Below are positions 9,868 through 19,290 of a DNA stretch of 64,000 bases, piece by piece. Below the pieces are notes generated by a model. It saw only the letters and a list, made by a program, of their open reading frames with translations. It ran no database searches and was not told where the DNA came from. Numbering within the stretch: the stretch's first letter is position 1; every line of letters starts with the position of its first letter. Source of the stretch: Candidatus Latescibacterota bacterium (lineage in GTDB: Bacteria; Latescibacterota; UBA2968; UBA8231); NCBI GenBank assembly GCA_965200315.1, contig OZ241362.1:3232001-3296000 (forward strand), read 5' to 3'. Both the position numbers and the translations under genes were made by a program.

Positions 9868-10527
9868 ATGGGAAAGTGGGTTCAAATCAACCCGGCTTAC
9901 GTCAACAGTAAAACCGATGGCCCAATCGTGACGCTTGGCAATCAATCCGTACGCTTCAGCCAAGGGGCGGCTCGCAAGATCGGCGGTGATCAGGTCACGC
10001 GAGCTAGCATACATATTGATTATGAAAACCGTCTAATCGGATTTAAATTCTTTGACAGGGATGAGCCGAACACCTACAAGCTCATGAAGGGCAAAGGTGG
10101 AAGTTTCGTCATCCGTATTAAGCAATTGACTAAACAACATCCTTGGATTGGTTCAGCTATGGAAACACCCATTGAGGAGCGACGGTTCGAGCTCAATACC
10201 GATGATAACATCTACTTCATTCAGCTAATGCCGTCCTTCGAGGAAAGCGTGTCCAGCGTAGAGTCCATACCGAACAATGCGAGAGGCATATACCGCTTAC
10301 TAGACAGCTCTGAAACGATTGTGTATATCGGACAGGGGCGTATTGCCGACCGCATCAGGGAGCACATGGGTAAGGACTGGGGAGAGTCGGTACGTAAGAT
10401 AGAGTACTCCAAAATTGACAACGAGAAAGACAGAATTCAGTGGGAAAAATACTGGCTGGCTAGGTTTAGCGGCGAGCATGGGGAGCTTCCTAGACACAAC
10501 GCTATCGGCGGCATTCACAGGCACTGA
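9868..10527 (+). CDS. GIY-YIG nuclease with uncharacterised N-terminal domain
   Basis: GIYRLLDSSETIVYIGQG..RIREH, downstream E and terminal N (LPRHN); AAGGAG RBS; lower GC than flanks. Confidence 0.8.
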   Translation: MGKWVQINPAYVNSKTDGPIVTLGNQSVRFSQGAARKIGGDQVTRASIHIDYENRLIGFKFFDRDEPNTYKLMKGKGGSFVIRIKQLTKQHPWIGSAMETPIEERRFELNTDDNIYFIQLMPSFEESVSSVESIPNNARGIYRLLDSSETIVYIGQGRIADRIREHMGKDWGESVRKIEYSKIDNEKDRIQWEKYWLARFSGEHGELPRHNAIGGIHRH

Positions 10528-10636
10528 GCAATAAGGAAATGCCGCCATCTCAAAGTGGTTGTCTATGTGGCCATAAATGGTGACGTATTCTGTCTTGTGA
10601 GTTATATAGTTCTTTAAAAGAAAGGCACTAGCAACA

Positions 10637-11686
10637 ATGGGCGAGCGCATTCGCGGCTTTGGCAGCGACAATCACGCCGGGGTCCACCCCGAGGTCATGG
10701 CGGCCTTACAGCAAGTCAACGTGGGGCACGTGCATTCCTACGGGGACGATCCCCACACCGCCGAAGCCATCGCGCTTTTTCGCGAGGTGTTGGGGTCGGA
10801 GGTGGAGGTTTTCTTTGCGTTCAACGGCACTGGAGCCAATGTGACGGCCCTTACCGCACTCACGCGCTTTTGCGACGCGGTGATCTGCTCGGATACCGCT
10901 CATCTCCACATCGACGAATGCGGTGCCCCCGAACAAGTGGCCGGCGTCAAGCTCTTGCCCGCGCCCGCGCCCGATGGCAAAATTACCCCCGAGGGAGTCG
11001 CCGCCCATATCGCGGGTCGCGGCGATGAGCACCAAGTGCGTCCCCGCGTGGTGTCGCTTACACAGGCTACGGAACTGGGTACTGTTTATGCGCCGAGCGA
11101 GATTCGCGCTATCGCCGACTGCGCCCATGAACACGAGATGTATTTGCACGTCGATGGGGCGCGGATTGCCAACGCAGCCGTGGGTTTGGGGTTGGAACTG
11201 CGGGAGGTTACTGGGGATTGCGGAGTGGATGTGCTGTCGTTTGGCGGCACTAAGAACGGCCTGATGATAGGGGAAGCCGTGGTCTTTTTTAAGCCTGAGC
11301 TAGCCGAGGACTATCGCCGTGCGCGCAAGCAGGGGATGCAACTGGCCTCTAAGATGCGCTTTGTTGCCGCGCAGTTTACGGCCCTGCTGACCGACGACCT
11401 GTGGCGTCGGAGCGCCCAGCACGCCAATGCCATGGCGCAGGTGCTGGCCGAGCGAGTGCGGCCCATTCGCGGGGTGGAGGTGATCTACCCAGTGCAGGCT
11501 AACGCCGTCTTCGCCCGCTTGCCGGTAGATGTGATTCCCATTTTGCAGCAGGAGTTTTTCTTTTATCCCTGGAATGCCACGCGAGGCGAGGTGCGCTGGA
11601 TGACCTCGTTCGACACCGAGGCAGAGGACATAGAGGCGTTTGCGACGCTGATTGAAGAAACTATGGCGGAAAGGAGCCTATCGTGA
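10637..11686 (+). CDS. ltaE: Low-specificity L-threonine aldolase
   Basis: FGSDN, YGDD, GTGAN, LHVDGARIANA, SFGGTKNG (PLP lysine), SKMRF. Confidence 0.9.
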   Translation: MGERIRGFGSDNHAGVHPEVMAALQQVNVGHVHSYGDDPHTAEAIALFREVLGSEVEVFFAFNGTGANVTALTALTRFCDAVICSDTAHLHIDECGAPEQVAGVKLLPAPAPDGKITPEGVAAHIAGRGDEHQVRPRVVSLTQATELGTVYAPSEIRAIADCAHEHEMYLHVDGARIANAAVGLGLELREVTGDCGVDVLSFGGTKNGLMIGEAVVFFKPELAEDYRRARKQGMQLASKMRFVAAQFTALLTDDLWRRSAQHANAMAQVLAERVRPIRGVEVIYPVQANAVFARLPVDVIPILQQEFFFYPWNATRGEVRWMTSFDTEAEDIEAFATLIEETMAERSLS

Positions 11687-12516
11687 TCATCGACACCCAT
11701 ACCCATTTCTACGATCCCACGCGGCCCGAAGGTGTGCCTTGGCCACCGGCTGACAACGCGCTGCTCTACCGCACGGTACTGCCCGAGCACCACCGCGCCC
11801 TCGCCGCGCCCGAAGAGGTGACCGGGACGGTGGTGGTGGAGGCTAGTGCGTGGTTGGCGGACAATCAGTGGATTTTGGATTTGGCCGCTGATGACCCTTG
11901 GATAGTCGGGCTGGTGGGCCATGTCGATCCCAACCGGGAGGCCTTCAAAGGCGACATCGACCGCTTGGCGGCAAACGCGCTCTTCCGCGGCATTCGCTGC
12001 GGCGGCGGGTATTTTGCCGACTTGGAGGCCGGGTCTTTTCTCGCCGACATGGAGCACCTCGTCGCACGGGACTTGGAACTCGACGCGCTGGTGGGGCCGG
12101 CGGACTTGGCCCAAGTGGTGGAACTGGCCCGGCGACTGCCCGAATTGCGCATCGTCATCAACCACTGCGGCGGGGTTGGGGCCGATGGCGGAGATCCCGA
12201 TCCGGCATGGTTGGACGCCATAGCCCAAGCGGCCGAGCAGCCGCAGGTCTTTATGAAGGTCTCGGCGATCATGGAGCAAAGCAGGGTAGAGCCGGTGCCG
12301 GAAGATCTGGACTTTTATCGCCCGATCCTCGACGCCATGTGGGACGCCTTTGGCGCAGACCGCGTGGTCTACGGCAGCAATTGGCCCGTCAGCGACCGAG
12401 CGGGGAGTTTCAAGGCCGCCATCTCCATCGTCAAAGCGTACTTTGGCGAAAAGGGCGCGACCGAGAAGTACTTCTGGCAAAACAGCAAGGTCGCCTACAA
12501 GTGGCCAGATCGCTAA
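11683..12516 (+). CDS. Amidohydrolase_2 family protein
   Basis: IDTHTHF, IVINH, FGADRVVYGSNWPV. Confidence 0.88.
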   Translation: MIIDTHTHFYDPTRPEGVPWPPADNALLYRTVLPEHHRALAAPEEVTGTVVVEASAWLADNQWILDLAADDPWIVGLVGHVDPNREAFKGDIDRLAANALFRGIRCGGGYFADLEAGSFLADMEHLVARDLELDALVGPADLAQVVELARRLPELRIVINHCGGVGADGGDPDPAWLDAIAQAAEQPQVFMKVSAIMEQSRVEPVPEDLDFYRPILDAMWDAFGADRVVYGSNWPVSDRAGSFKAAISIVKAYFGEKGATEKYFWQNSKVAYKWPDR

Positions 12517-12526
12517 GGAGGCTCCC

Positions 12527-13825
12527 GTGAAATTTTGGGTTTTCACCCACAGCGACCAGCCTCTCGAACACTGGCTCGAAGGCTACCAGCAGCGCTTCGA
12601 CGCTTGGGAAGAAGGCGGCGTCGAGGGTATTATCGTCGGCCGCATGCAGTTTAAGCAGGACGATGGTTCGATGATCTCTAGCTATCCGGTCGATACCAAA
12701 CTCTACGCCGATCACGGCGTCGAGCCGCCGGAGGAGACGCCCCGCGACTTGGTAAAAGAAAAAAAGCTCCAAGCCATGATGGACGATGCCGCGGCGCGTG
12801 GCTGGCAGATTATGACCTTTGGCATGGGCCGCGGCGGGCTGGTCGGGCTGGAGGATTTGATCGCGTTCTACCCGCAGGTCCACGGCGTCATTATCGACGG
12901 CCCCGGCGAAAACCACTACGAGCTAGCGTTCCACCACGGCGGGGAGCTTTTGGAACTCCGGCCCGGCGAGGATCGGCTTTTTGCCGGTATGGGGGCCGAT
13001 GTCGGGCGGATGCAGCGCGGCATTGACCATCTGCGGCAGGCCCTGTGTCGGCTGACGCCCCAGCGGGTGCGCTACCTCGCCCAAGGCGGCCTGTTTTCGG
13101 TGCTGAATTTGATTGACCTCGACGAGGATGGGCTGTATTGGTTGCGGATGCGGCAAGAGAAGTCGCGCCGCTCTTGGGAAGACGCCCGCACCATTGTCGA
13201 TCAGGCCTCGCGCAAGATCGAGTTGGGCGGCATTCCGCGCACGGCTGTCTTTTCTGGGTTGACCGGGCAGGACTACGAGCGGATGGCCGGGTATTTCGAT
13301 TATATACTGCCCAAGCACTACTACTGGCATCGCGGGTTTGACGGGCTTTATGGCACGGTGGCGCGCTGGGTGCAGACGATTGGGGAGTGGAATCCGGGGC
13401 TAACGGAAGAGGACGCTTTTGCCGTGGTCGGGGCGCTTTTTGGCATCAAACTGCCTCAGGTGCGGACGCTTTTTGACTTGGAGGCGGGCTTTCCCGACGA
13501 GTTTTTCAGCGAGGTCGTGTACGGCGAAACGCGCCGGGCCATAGAAGCGGCTGGTGTCGATAAGGTGATTTGCTGGGTTTCGACTGGTCGCACGCCGCAC
13601 GCTGGCGATCCCATGCCCGCCCGCGATTTGCTCGGCATTTTGCGGGCGTCCGCGGCGGCTGGGCTCAAGCGTTTTGTCTTTCATCCAGAGGTTATGGGCG
13701 CGTCTGAGTGGCGGGTTTTGACAGAAATGTGCGGGACGCCGTGGCGCGAGGATCCGAGCGGGTATTGGCCTTCGGGTACTGAGAAGCCAGATGCTTTTAA
13801 TGGGGGACGGAAGAAAGGGAATTAG
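12527..13825 (+). CDS. Hypothetical protein (possible TIM-barrel)
   Basis: Long ORF with host-like codon usage; GTG start at 12527 after AAGGAGG. Confidence 0.7.
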   Translation: MKFWVFTHSDQPLEHWLEGYQQRFDAWEEGGVEGIIVGRMQFKQDDGSMISSYPVDTKLYADHGVEPPEETPRDLVKEKKLQAMMDDAAARGWQIMTFGMGRGGLVGLEDLIAFYPQVHGVIIDGPGENHYELAFHHGGELLELRPGEDRLFAGMGADVGRMQRGIDHLRQALCRLTPQRVRYLAQGGLFSVLNLIDLDEDGLYWLRMRQEKSRRSWEDARTIVDQASRKIELGGIPRTAVFSGLTGQDYERMAGYFDYILPKHYYWHRGFDGLYGTVARWVQTIGEWNPGLTEEDAFAVVGALFGIKLPQVRTLFDLEAGFPDEFFSEVVYGETRRAIEAAGVDKVICWVSTGRTPHAGDPMPARDLLGILRASAAAGLKRFVFHPEVMGASEWRVLTEMCGTPWREDPSGYWPSGTEKPDAFNGGRKKGN

Positions 13826-14348
13826 CTGAACGCAAAATGGCAACAAGCTGTTGCCAAATTGAATCAGCAAGATCCGGTTCTCAGTTTTGCTAAAGCTTGT
13901 CGCAGAACTTCTGGAACAGGCTGCTCCAGACCTGAGATCGCGACAGTGTAGCAACAATTGACTGCCGAATTTGGATGAGGTTACAGCTATAGACTTGAAC
14001 GATTTGAGATGCGGATGGCCTCGTGAATACTATTCTGCGTCTGCCTGTGTCCTTCTGCGGATCGTCTCTTAAATGATGTGCTATATTCTGCTCTCACTCG
14101 GATGATACATTTTGCCAAGGCCTTCCCCGAAGGCTGGTCGTATTTGTCTTTTGTCTGTTATCAATCTAGAGTAGGTTCCTAATCTCAGGAAATCGTCGCG
14201 CTCCGCGAGGCGATTGTGCGGCTACAAGAGAGGCTAGAAACGGACAAGTAGATGATCCGTTTTGCGACCATTTCCCCGACCCTGAGATAGTAGTATCGCT
14301 GGTACGACAATTAAGCTGGTTGCACTTAAGGGAATTAGGAGATTAAAA

Positions 14349-14987
14349 ATGTACGACGAATGGAAGCCCATCTACTCGGCTTTAGTCACCGACATCATGG
14401 ACCAACTCGGCTACCGCGATCAGGCCATGACTCCCGATATCCGGCCCAGCCGCCCCGACGCCTTCATCGCCGGCCCGGCGCTCACCATCGACGCGTACGC
14501 CGATGCTAGCCCCGACCCCGACCCCTACGGCCAAATTTTTGCCGCCTACGATCAAGCCAGCCCCGGCGACGTGTTCGTCATCGCCACCAATGGCGAAGAG
14601 CGCTCTGGCCTTTGGGGCGAACTTCTCTCCACGGCGGCCCAAGCTCGCGGCGTCGAATCCGTGCTCACCGACGGCTTGGTCCGCGATGTGCGCCAGATGA
14701 ACGCCATGGGCTACCACTGCTTCTGCAAAGGCTATTCGCCGCTCGATTCGGCGGGCCGCATCCTCGCCAAAACGATCAACCAACCTATCACCTGCGGCGG
14801 TGTGCAGGTTCACCCCGGCGATTTTATTCTAGCTGACTACGATGGCGTGGCGGTGATTCCGGCGGCGATCCAAGGCGAAGTCTACGAAAAGGCCATGGAA
14901 AAGCTCGCCGGGGAAAACGTCGTGCGCGATGAATTGGCTGCGGGGAAATCGCCGCGGGAAGTCTTTGATCGCTACGGGATATTGTGA
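14349..14987 (+). CDS. RraA/HMG aldolase family protein
   Basis: WGELLS, DGLVRD, GDFILADYDGVAVIP; AGGAG RBS. Confidence 0.88.
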   Translation: MYDEWKPIYSALVTDIMDQLGYRDQAMTPDIRPSRPDAFIAGPALTIDAYADASPDPDPYGQIFAAYDQASPGDVFVIATNGEERSGLWGELLSTAAQARGVESVLTDGLVRDVRQMNAMGYHCFCKGYSPLDSAGRILAKTINQPITCGGVQVHPGDFILADYDGVAVIPAAIQGEVYEKAMEKLAGENVVRDELAAGKSPREVFDRYGIL

Positions 14988-15018
14988 TTGCTTCTAAATG
15001 AAGGAGAGACCTGCACCC

Positions 15019-15186
15019 ATGAGTTTTACGGCCATAATAACTAGGAGCGAAGATTTGACTTTATTCGTCGCTCGTTGTCCCCAAGTAGGTACGGTTAGTC
15101 AAGGAAAGACTGAGGAGGAAGCACTGAAAAATCTCAAAGAGGCTACCGAGCTGTACTTGGAAGAAGTCACAAACAGTCTAAAGTAG
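15019..15186 (+). CDS. hicB: HicB-family antitoxin (short form)
   Basis: FVARCPQVGTVSQGKTEEEALKNLKEATELYLE. Confidence 0.8.
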   Translation: MSFTAIITRSEDLTLFVARCPQVGTVSQGKTEEEALKNLKEATELYLEEVTNSLK

Positions 15187-15234
15187 GCTGCCTGTTCTGT
15201 TTGGGCTAGCGGCGTACTTTGGGATTTCGCCAAT

Positions 15235-15582
15235 TTATTTTTGGATTGCCTCGTACAGGCTTTGCTTAAACTTGTTTTCGTCTTCACAGTTATAAAATGG
15301 TACGCCTATCAATCTATATTTTTGAGTCCTGCCCTGAGTCTTAAATTCCAGTATTTCCCCATCGAACTTGTCCGTTAATTGTTTTAGGAAGTCCTGTTTC
15401 CATTTGTCGTGTTCTTGCAGGTATTTTCCCTTGGGTTCAACAAATATCTGATGAGTAAGCATGTTTCCACTTTTTTCGCGCAGAAAGAGAACAAAGTCTG
15501 GCTCAAACGCCTGTCCATTGTCAAAGCTGTAGATTTTGAAGTGTCTTTCGTTGCGGACCAGATATATCTCGTCGTATTTTTC
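15235..15582 (-). pseudogene. C-terminal remnant of type III restriction endonuclease Res subunit
   Basis: Manual translation YDEIYLVRNERHFKIYSFDNGQAFEPDFVLFL...QIFVEPKG...DKWKQDFL (PD...ExK nuclease motif); truncated at the IS5 end; low GC. Confidence 0.75.
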
Positions 15583-15586
15583 TTAA

Positions 15587-16546
15587 GAAGGCGTCTGCAA
15601 ACCCTTAATGTAGCCGCTATTTGAACCGGCGTACTCATCGAGCCCTATTCAGGTGTTCACCACACAATCTGAACAGAAAGGCTTGTATGCTGAGTACGCC
15701 GCCTATGCCATATGCCACCGATCGAACCGATGCCCAATGGCGGCGGATCGCACCGTTGCGGCCGGTGCCGCGCTGGCGTCTTGACGGTCCGGGTCGGCCC
15801 CCGCGGGATCGCCGCCAAATCGTCAACGGCCTTTTGTATTTGAACAAGACGGGGTGTCCTTGGGCTTGGTTGCCGGGTTGTTTTGGGCCGTGGCAAACGG
15901 TGTATGATTACTTTCGTCGCTGGAGCCTGCAAGGGGTCTGGTCGCCGGTGCTGAATCAGCGTACCCAGCAGGAGCGTCGCCGGAACGGACGGGCTGGGCT
16001 GCCGTCGGCGGGCCTCGTCGACAGTCAGACGATTAAGACCACAACCCAAGGCCACACCCTTGGTTATGACGCCGGCAAAAAGATCAAGGGACGCAAACGG
16101 CCTCTGTTGGTGGATACGTTGGGCTTACTCAGACAGGGGGTGGTCACCGCCGCCGCCGTGGATGATCGCGACGGCCTCAAGCAGGGGCTGACCCGCTGAG
16201 GAGCCGCTGGCGTGGCCCGCTTACGGAAGCTATGGGCGGATGGCGGCTACCAAGGCGAAGCCATCCGAACGTGGGTGGCTAATCAAAAAAAGACGCACAA
16301 AATAGACTGGGAAGTCGTCACCAAACAAGGCGGCGGCTTTGAGGTGTTACCACGCCGGTGGGTCGTCGAGCGCCCCTTGGCGGGGTTGATGAGCAGTCCG
16401 GCCGCCGTATGGCGGCCGCATTTTCGCCGGCATGCGAGAGATTATGAGGTGTTGACCCACCATAGTGAAGCCTTGATTCAGATCGCCATGAGCCACTGGC
16501 TACTCAAACGCATCAAATGAAAAAAATATAGTTTGCAGACGGCCTC
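15587..16546 (+). mobile_element. IS5-family element (IS1031-like), transposase inactivated by in-frame TGA at 16197-16199
   Basis: IRs gaaggcgtctgcaaac 15587-15602 and gtttgcagacggcctc 16531-16546 (14/16); motifs DSQTIK, GYDAGKKIKGRKR, WADGGY, RRWVVER; ORFs 15621 and 16212 share a frame. Confidence 0.9.
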
Positions 16547-16567
16547 TTAGGAGATGGACAACAAACC

Positions 16568-17356
16568 ATGATTGATGATTCCTACAGTTCGGGCGCAAAG
16601 CATTACGACGCGGCATACAGCGTCAAAGACAATCTGGTGGACCGGGACTTCTACCTCGACCTAGCCAATGAGTATGGTGGACCGGTTCTCGAGTTTGGCT
16701 GCGGCACTGGGAGAATCACCTTGCCGCTGGCGCGACGAGGAGTGGATGTCACAGGGATGGATGCTTCTCATTCCATGCTAGAGGTCTTGCACACCAAGCT
16801 CGCCAAAGAACCTGCAGGCGTACAACAGAGAATGCGAGTCGTAGAGGGAGATTTTCGCACCCATTATCTGGGCGATCAATTTTCCTTGGTAGTAATTCCA
16901 TTCAGACCCATGCAGCATCTGTACACTACGGAAGATCAACTGGCGGTCCTGAAAAACGCCGGAAGACATTTGGCAGATGGTGGCGTCCTCGCGTTTGACG
17001 TGTTCAATCCCAATTTCGACAAAATTCTATCGGGCGTCGGAGAAGAATACTTGGACTTGGAGTGGCCGGCACAAGATGGGACGGCTCGGATGGTCCGACG
17101 GTACTTTGTAAAGGACGAGATTGATCTGATCAATCTGAACTTCTCGGGCAGGTTTATCTTTCGATTGTGTGAGGGCGATCAAGTTCTGTCTGAGGAAGTA
17201 CAGCCATTGAAGATGAGTTTCTATACGTATCCTCACCTCAAAGTGCTTTTCTGCGCTGCGGGCCTTGAGAGTGTAGGAGAATTCGGATCATTTGATCGGA
17301 GACCGATAGGGCCCGAAGCACCTGAAATGATATTCCTACTGAAGCGTCGGCAATAA
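16568..17356 (+). CDS. Class I SAM-dependent methyltransferase
   Basis: VLEFGCGTGR motif I. Confidence 0.9.
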   Translation: MIDDSYSSGAKHYDAAYSVKDNLVDRDFYLDLANEYGGPVLEFGCGTGRITLPLARRGVDVTGMDASHSMLEVLHTKLAKEPAGVQQRMRVVEGDFRTHYLGDQFSLVVIPFRPMQHLYTTEDQLAVLKNAGRHLADGGVLAFDVFNPNFDKILSGVGEEYLDLEWPAQDGTARMVRRYFVKDEIDLINLNFSGRFIFRLCEGDQVLSEEVQPLKMSFYTYPHLKVLFCAAGLESVGEFGSFDRRPIGPEAPEMIFLLKRRQ

Positions 17357-17396
17357 CACATAGCTCGCGCTATTAAATCTCGCAACTGATCCTGCC

Positions 17397-18209
17397 GTGC
17401 GACGCTTGACCGACGACATGAAACGCGACTGGGCGGAAAAGGGCTATATCCTGCTCAAGGGTGCCCTTACCCGCGCCCAAGTCGCAGGCTATCTGGACGC
17501 TACCGACGAGATAATCGCCCAATACCGCGAGACCCATCCCGAGGCCCGCGAGCAGGACGCCCTCAACATCATCCAGACAGTCGAGCGGTCCCCGAATTTC
17601 GATTCGTTGATCGACCATCCTAGCACCTTCGGCGTCATCGTCGACCTGATAGGCCCCTATCTCCAGATCATGGGCACGGTGATTTACGTCCGCTATCCCA
17701 GTGGGGACATGCCCTTCGACTGGCACACCGACGGGGGTGCCTCGTTGCGCGAGTTCCGAGTCACACCGGACAGCCGCCCGCTCAACTTCAAGATTCAGTA
17801 TTTCCTGACCGACATCCCCGCAGATAACCGAGCCAACTTCTGCTTCGTGCCCGGCAGCCATCGCCGAGATTTTCCCGAGGAGGGTTTTGCCAAGGGCGCA
17901 TGGCCGGAGGGCGGGGTCCAGCTAGTCGCTGAAGCCGGCGACGCCGTCATCTTCACCTACGGCCTGTGGCACGGCGTGGCCCCAAATGAGGGCGAGGACG
18001 TCCGGCGCAGCGTTACCTTTCGCTATGGGCAGCTATGGTCGCGGCCGTGGGACTACGAGAAGGCACCGCCCGAAGTGCTGGCGCGTATGACGCCGCGCCA
18101 GCGACGCCTGATGGGCGACATCGGCTCTAATAGCGCGCCCGGCGCGTACTACGCGCCCGAAGACCAACTCGCCATCATCCTCGACGGCATCGAACAGCCG
18201 CCGACCTGA
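17397..18209 (+). CDS. PhyH-family dioxygenase
   Basis: WHTD, VPGSH, GDAVIF...WHG. Confidence 0.9.
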   Translation: MRRLTDDMKRDWAEKGYILLKGALTRAQVAGYLDATDEIIAQYRETHPEAREQDALNIIQTVERSPNFDSLIDHPSTFGVIVDLIGPYLQIMGTVIYVRYPSGDMPFDWHTDGGASLREFRVTPDSRPLNFKIQYFLTDIPADNRANFCFVPGSHRRDFPEEGFAKGAWPEGGVQLVAEAGDAVIFTYGLWHGVAPNEGEDVRRSVTFRYGQLWSRPWDYEKAPPEVLARMTPRQRRLMGDIGSNSAPGAYYAPEDQLAIILDGIEQPPT

Positions 18210-18283
18210 TCTGATCGCATGATGCCCTAGCGTGTTATTCGGGGTTACTGAAACCAAAACGTCAGGCGCTCTCCAAGTCCACC

Positions 18284-19219
18284 ATGGACAATCGCTGGAA
18301 CTACATTGCCACCGCCGCCTACGGTCTCACCGATCTGTGGTTGGTTGAATCGCGAGCGCATTTCAGCAACCACTTCTTCATAGAATCATCCCAAGGACAA
18401 TTCGTCCTATCCTGCTCTCCGTTCCAAGCAGACAGAATGGTAAAGAGCTATCAGTTCCGGCTAATGGAAGTCCTCAAGCACAACGGTTTTAGACAAGTTT
18501 TGCTGCCGGTGCAGACGCTAAATGGAAGGTACTGCTACTGGGAAGGGGGAAACTGGTGGGTGTTGAACCCCTACATGCCATCTGACGAGCGTCCTCCGTG
18601 GGATTCCCGTGATCTGATTGCTGAGGCAGCGCAGACGCTAGCGGCGCTGCATTCGGCAGGTCGCAACTACGAAGATGAACTCCGAGCCGAATCAGCAAGA
18701 AAGGACTTGGGTTGGTACTACGTACCTTCGACCAGATGGGCTGAATTGTCGGCAAAAATTGCCGATACTTTCCGGTGGAGCGAGCTAAGTGAGGATGACT
18801 CAGCATTCCTTCGATCTCAGCTCCTTTTCATACAATCCGCCGCCCCCCTATGCGATGAGCGGGAAATGCTATCGATCACGCATCAAGACTACCGCCCTGC
18901 CAACTTGCGGATATGGGAGTCAAAGATCGCCACAGTGTGGGATTTCGACATGGCCGTCATTGACTACTCGCTCTACGACGTAGCATTCGCGTCGCTCCAA
19001 TTCGGAGGTCGGGAATGCCTCTTCCCCGAAGTATCGCTGGATCTCGCCAAGCAATTTGTCGAGGCGTATATAGCGGCAACAGACAAGCCCGAACCCTTTA
19101 AAAAAGACGGCGTCCTCCGGTGGTTTCTAACAGTGGCTGTGCTGCGACGACTGCTATTGAACTATCACATCCCAGAACGGATGGAGTTGCTGCGAAAAGT
19201 TGTGGGTTGGGTTGGCTGA
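18284..19219 (+). CDS. APH/homoserine kinase type II-like phosphotransferase
   Basis: LAALH, HQDYRPANL, WDFD motifs. Confidence 0.82.
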   Translation: MDNRWNYIATAAYGLTDLWLVESRAHFSNHFFIESSQGQFVLSCSPFQADRMVKSYQFRLMEVLKHNGFRQVLLPVQTLNGRYCYWEGGNWWVLNPYMPSDERPPWDSRDLIAEAAQTLAALHSAGRNYEDELRAESARKDLGWYYVPSTRWAELSAKIADTFRWSELSEDDSAFLRSQLLFIQSAAPLCDEREMLSITHQDYRPANLRIWESKIATVWDFDMAVIDYSLYDVAFASLQFGGRECLFPEVSLDLAKQFVEAYIAATDKPEPFKKDGVLRWFLTVAVLRRLLLNYHIPERMELLRKVVGWVG

Positions 19220-19290
19220 ATCGCACTTATAGTTCTATAGCTTGATACCTGCTATATTGCATCAAACTTTCCCGCAAACCGGAGCCGCCC

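Noticed and set aside
13826-14348. Possible gene remnant and imperfect inverted repeat (atctcagg...cctgagat)
   Set aside because: No recognisable protein motif; the pairing is too weak to call.
16197-16199. In-frame TGA in the IS5 transposase as programmed readthrough or selenocysteine
   Set aside because: The ORF shows other signs of decay; a simple nonsense mutation is more parsimonious.
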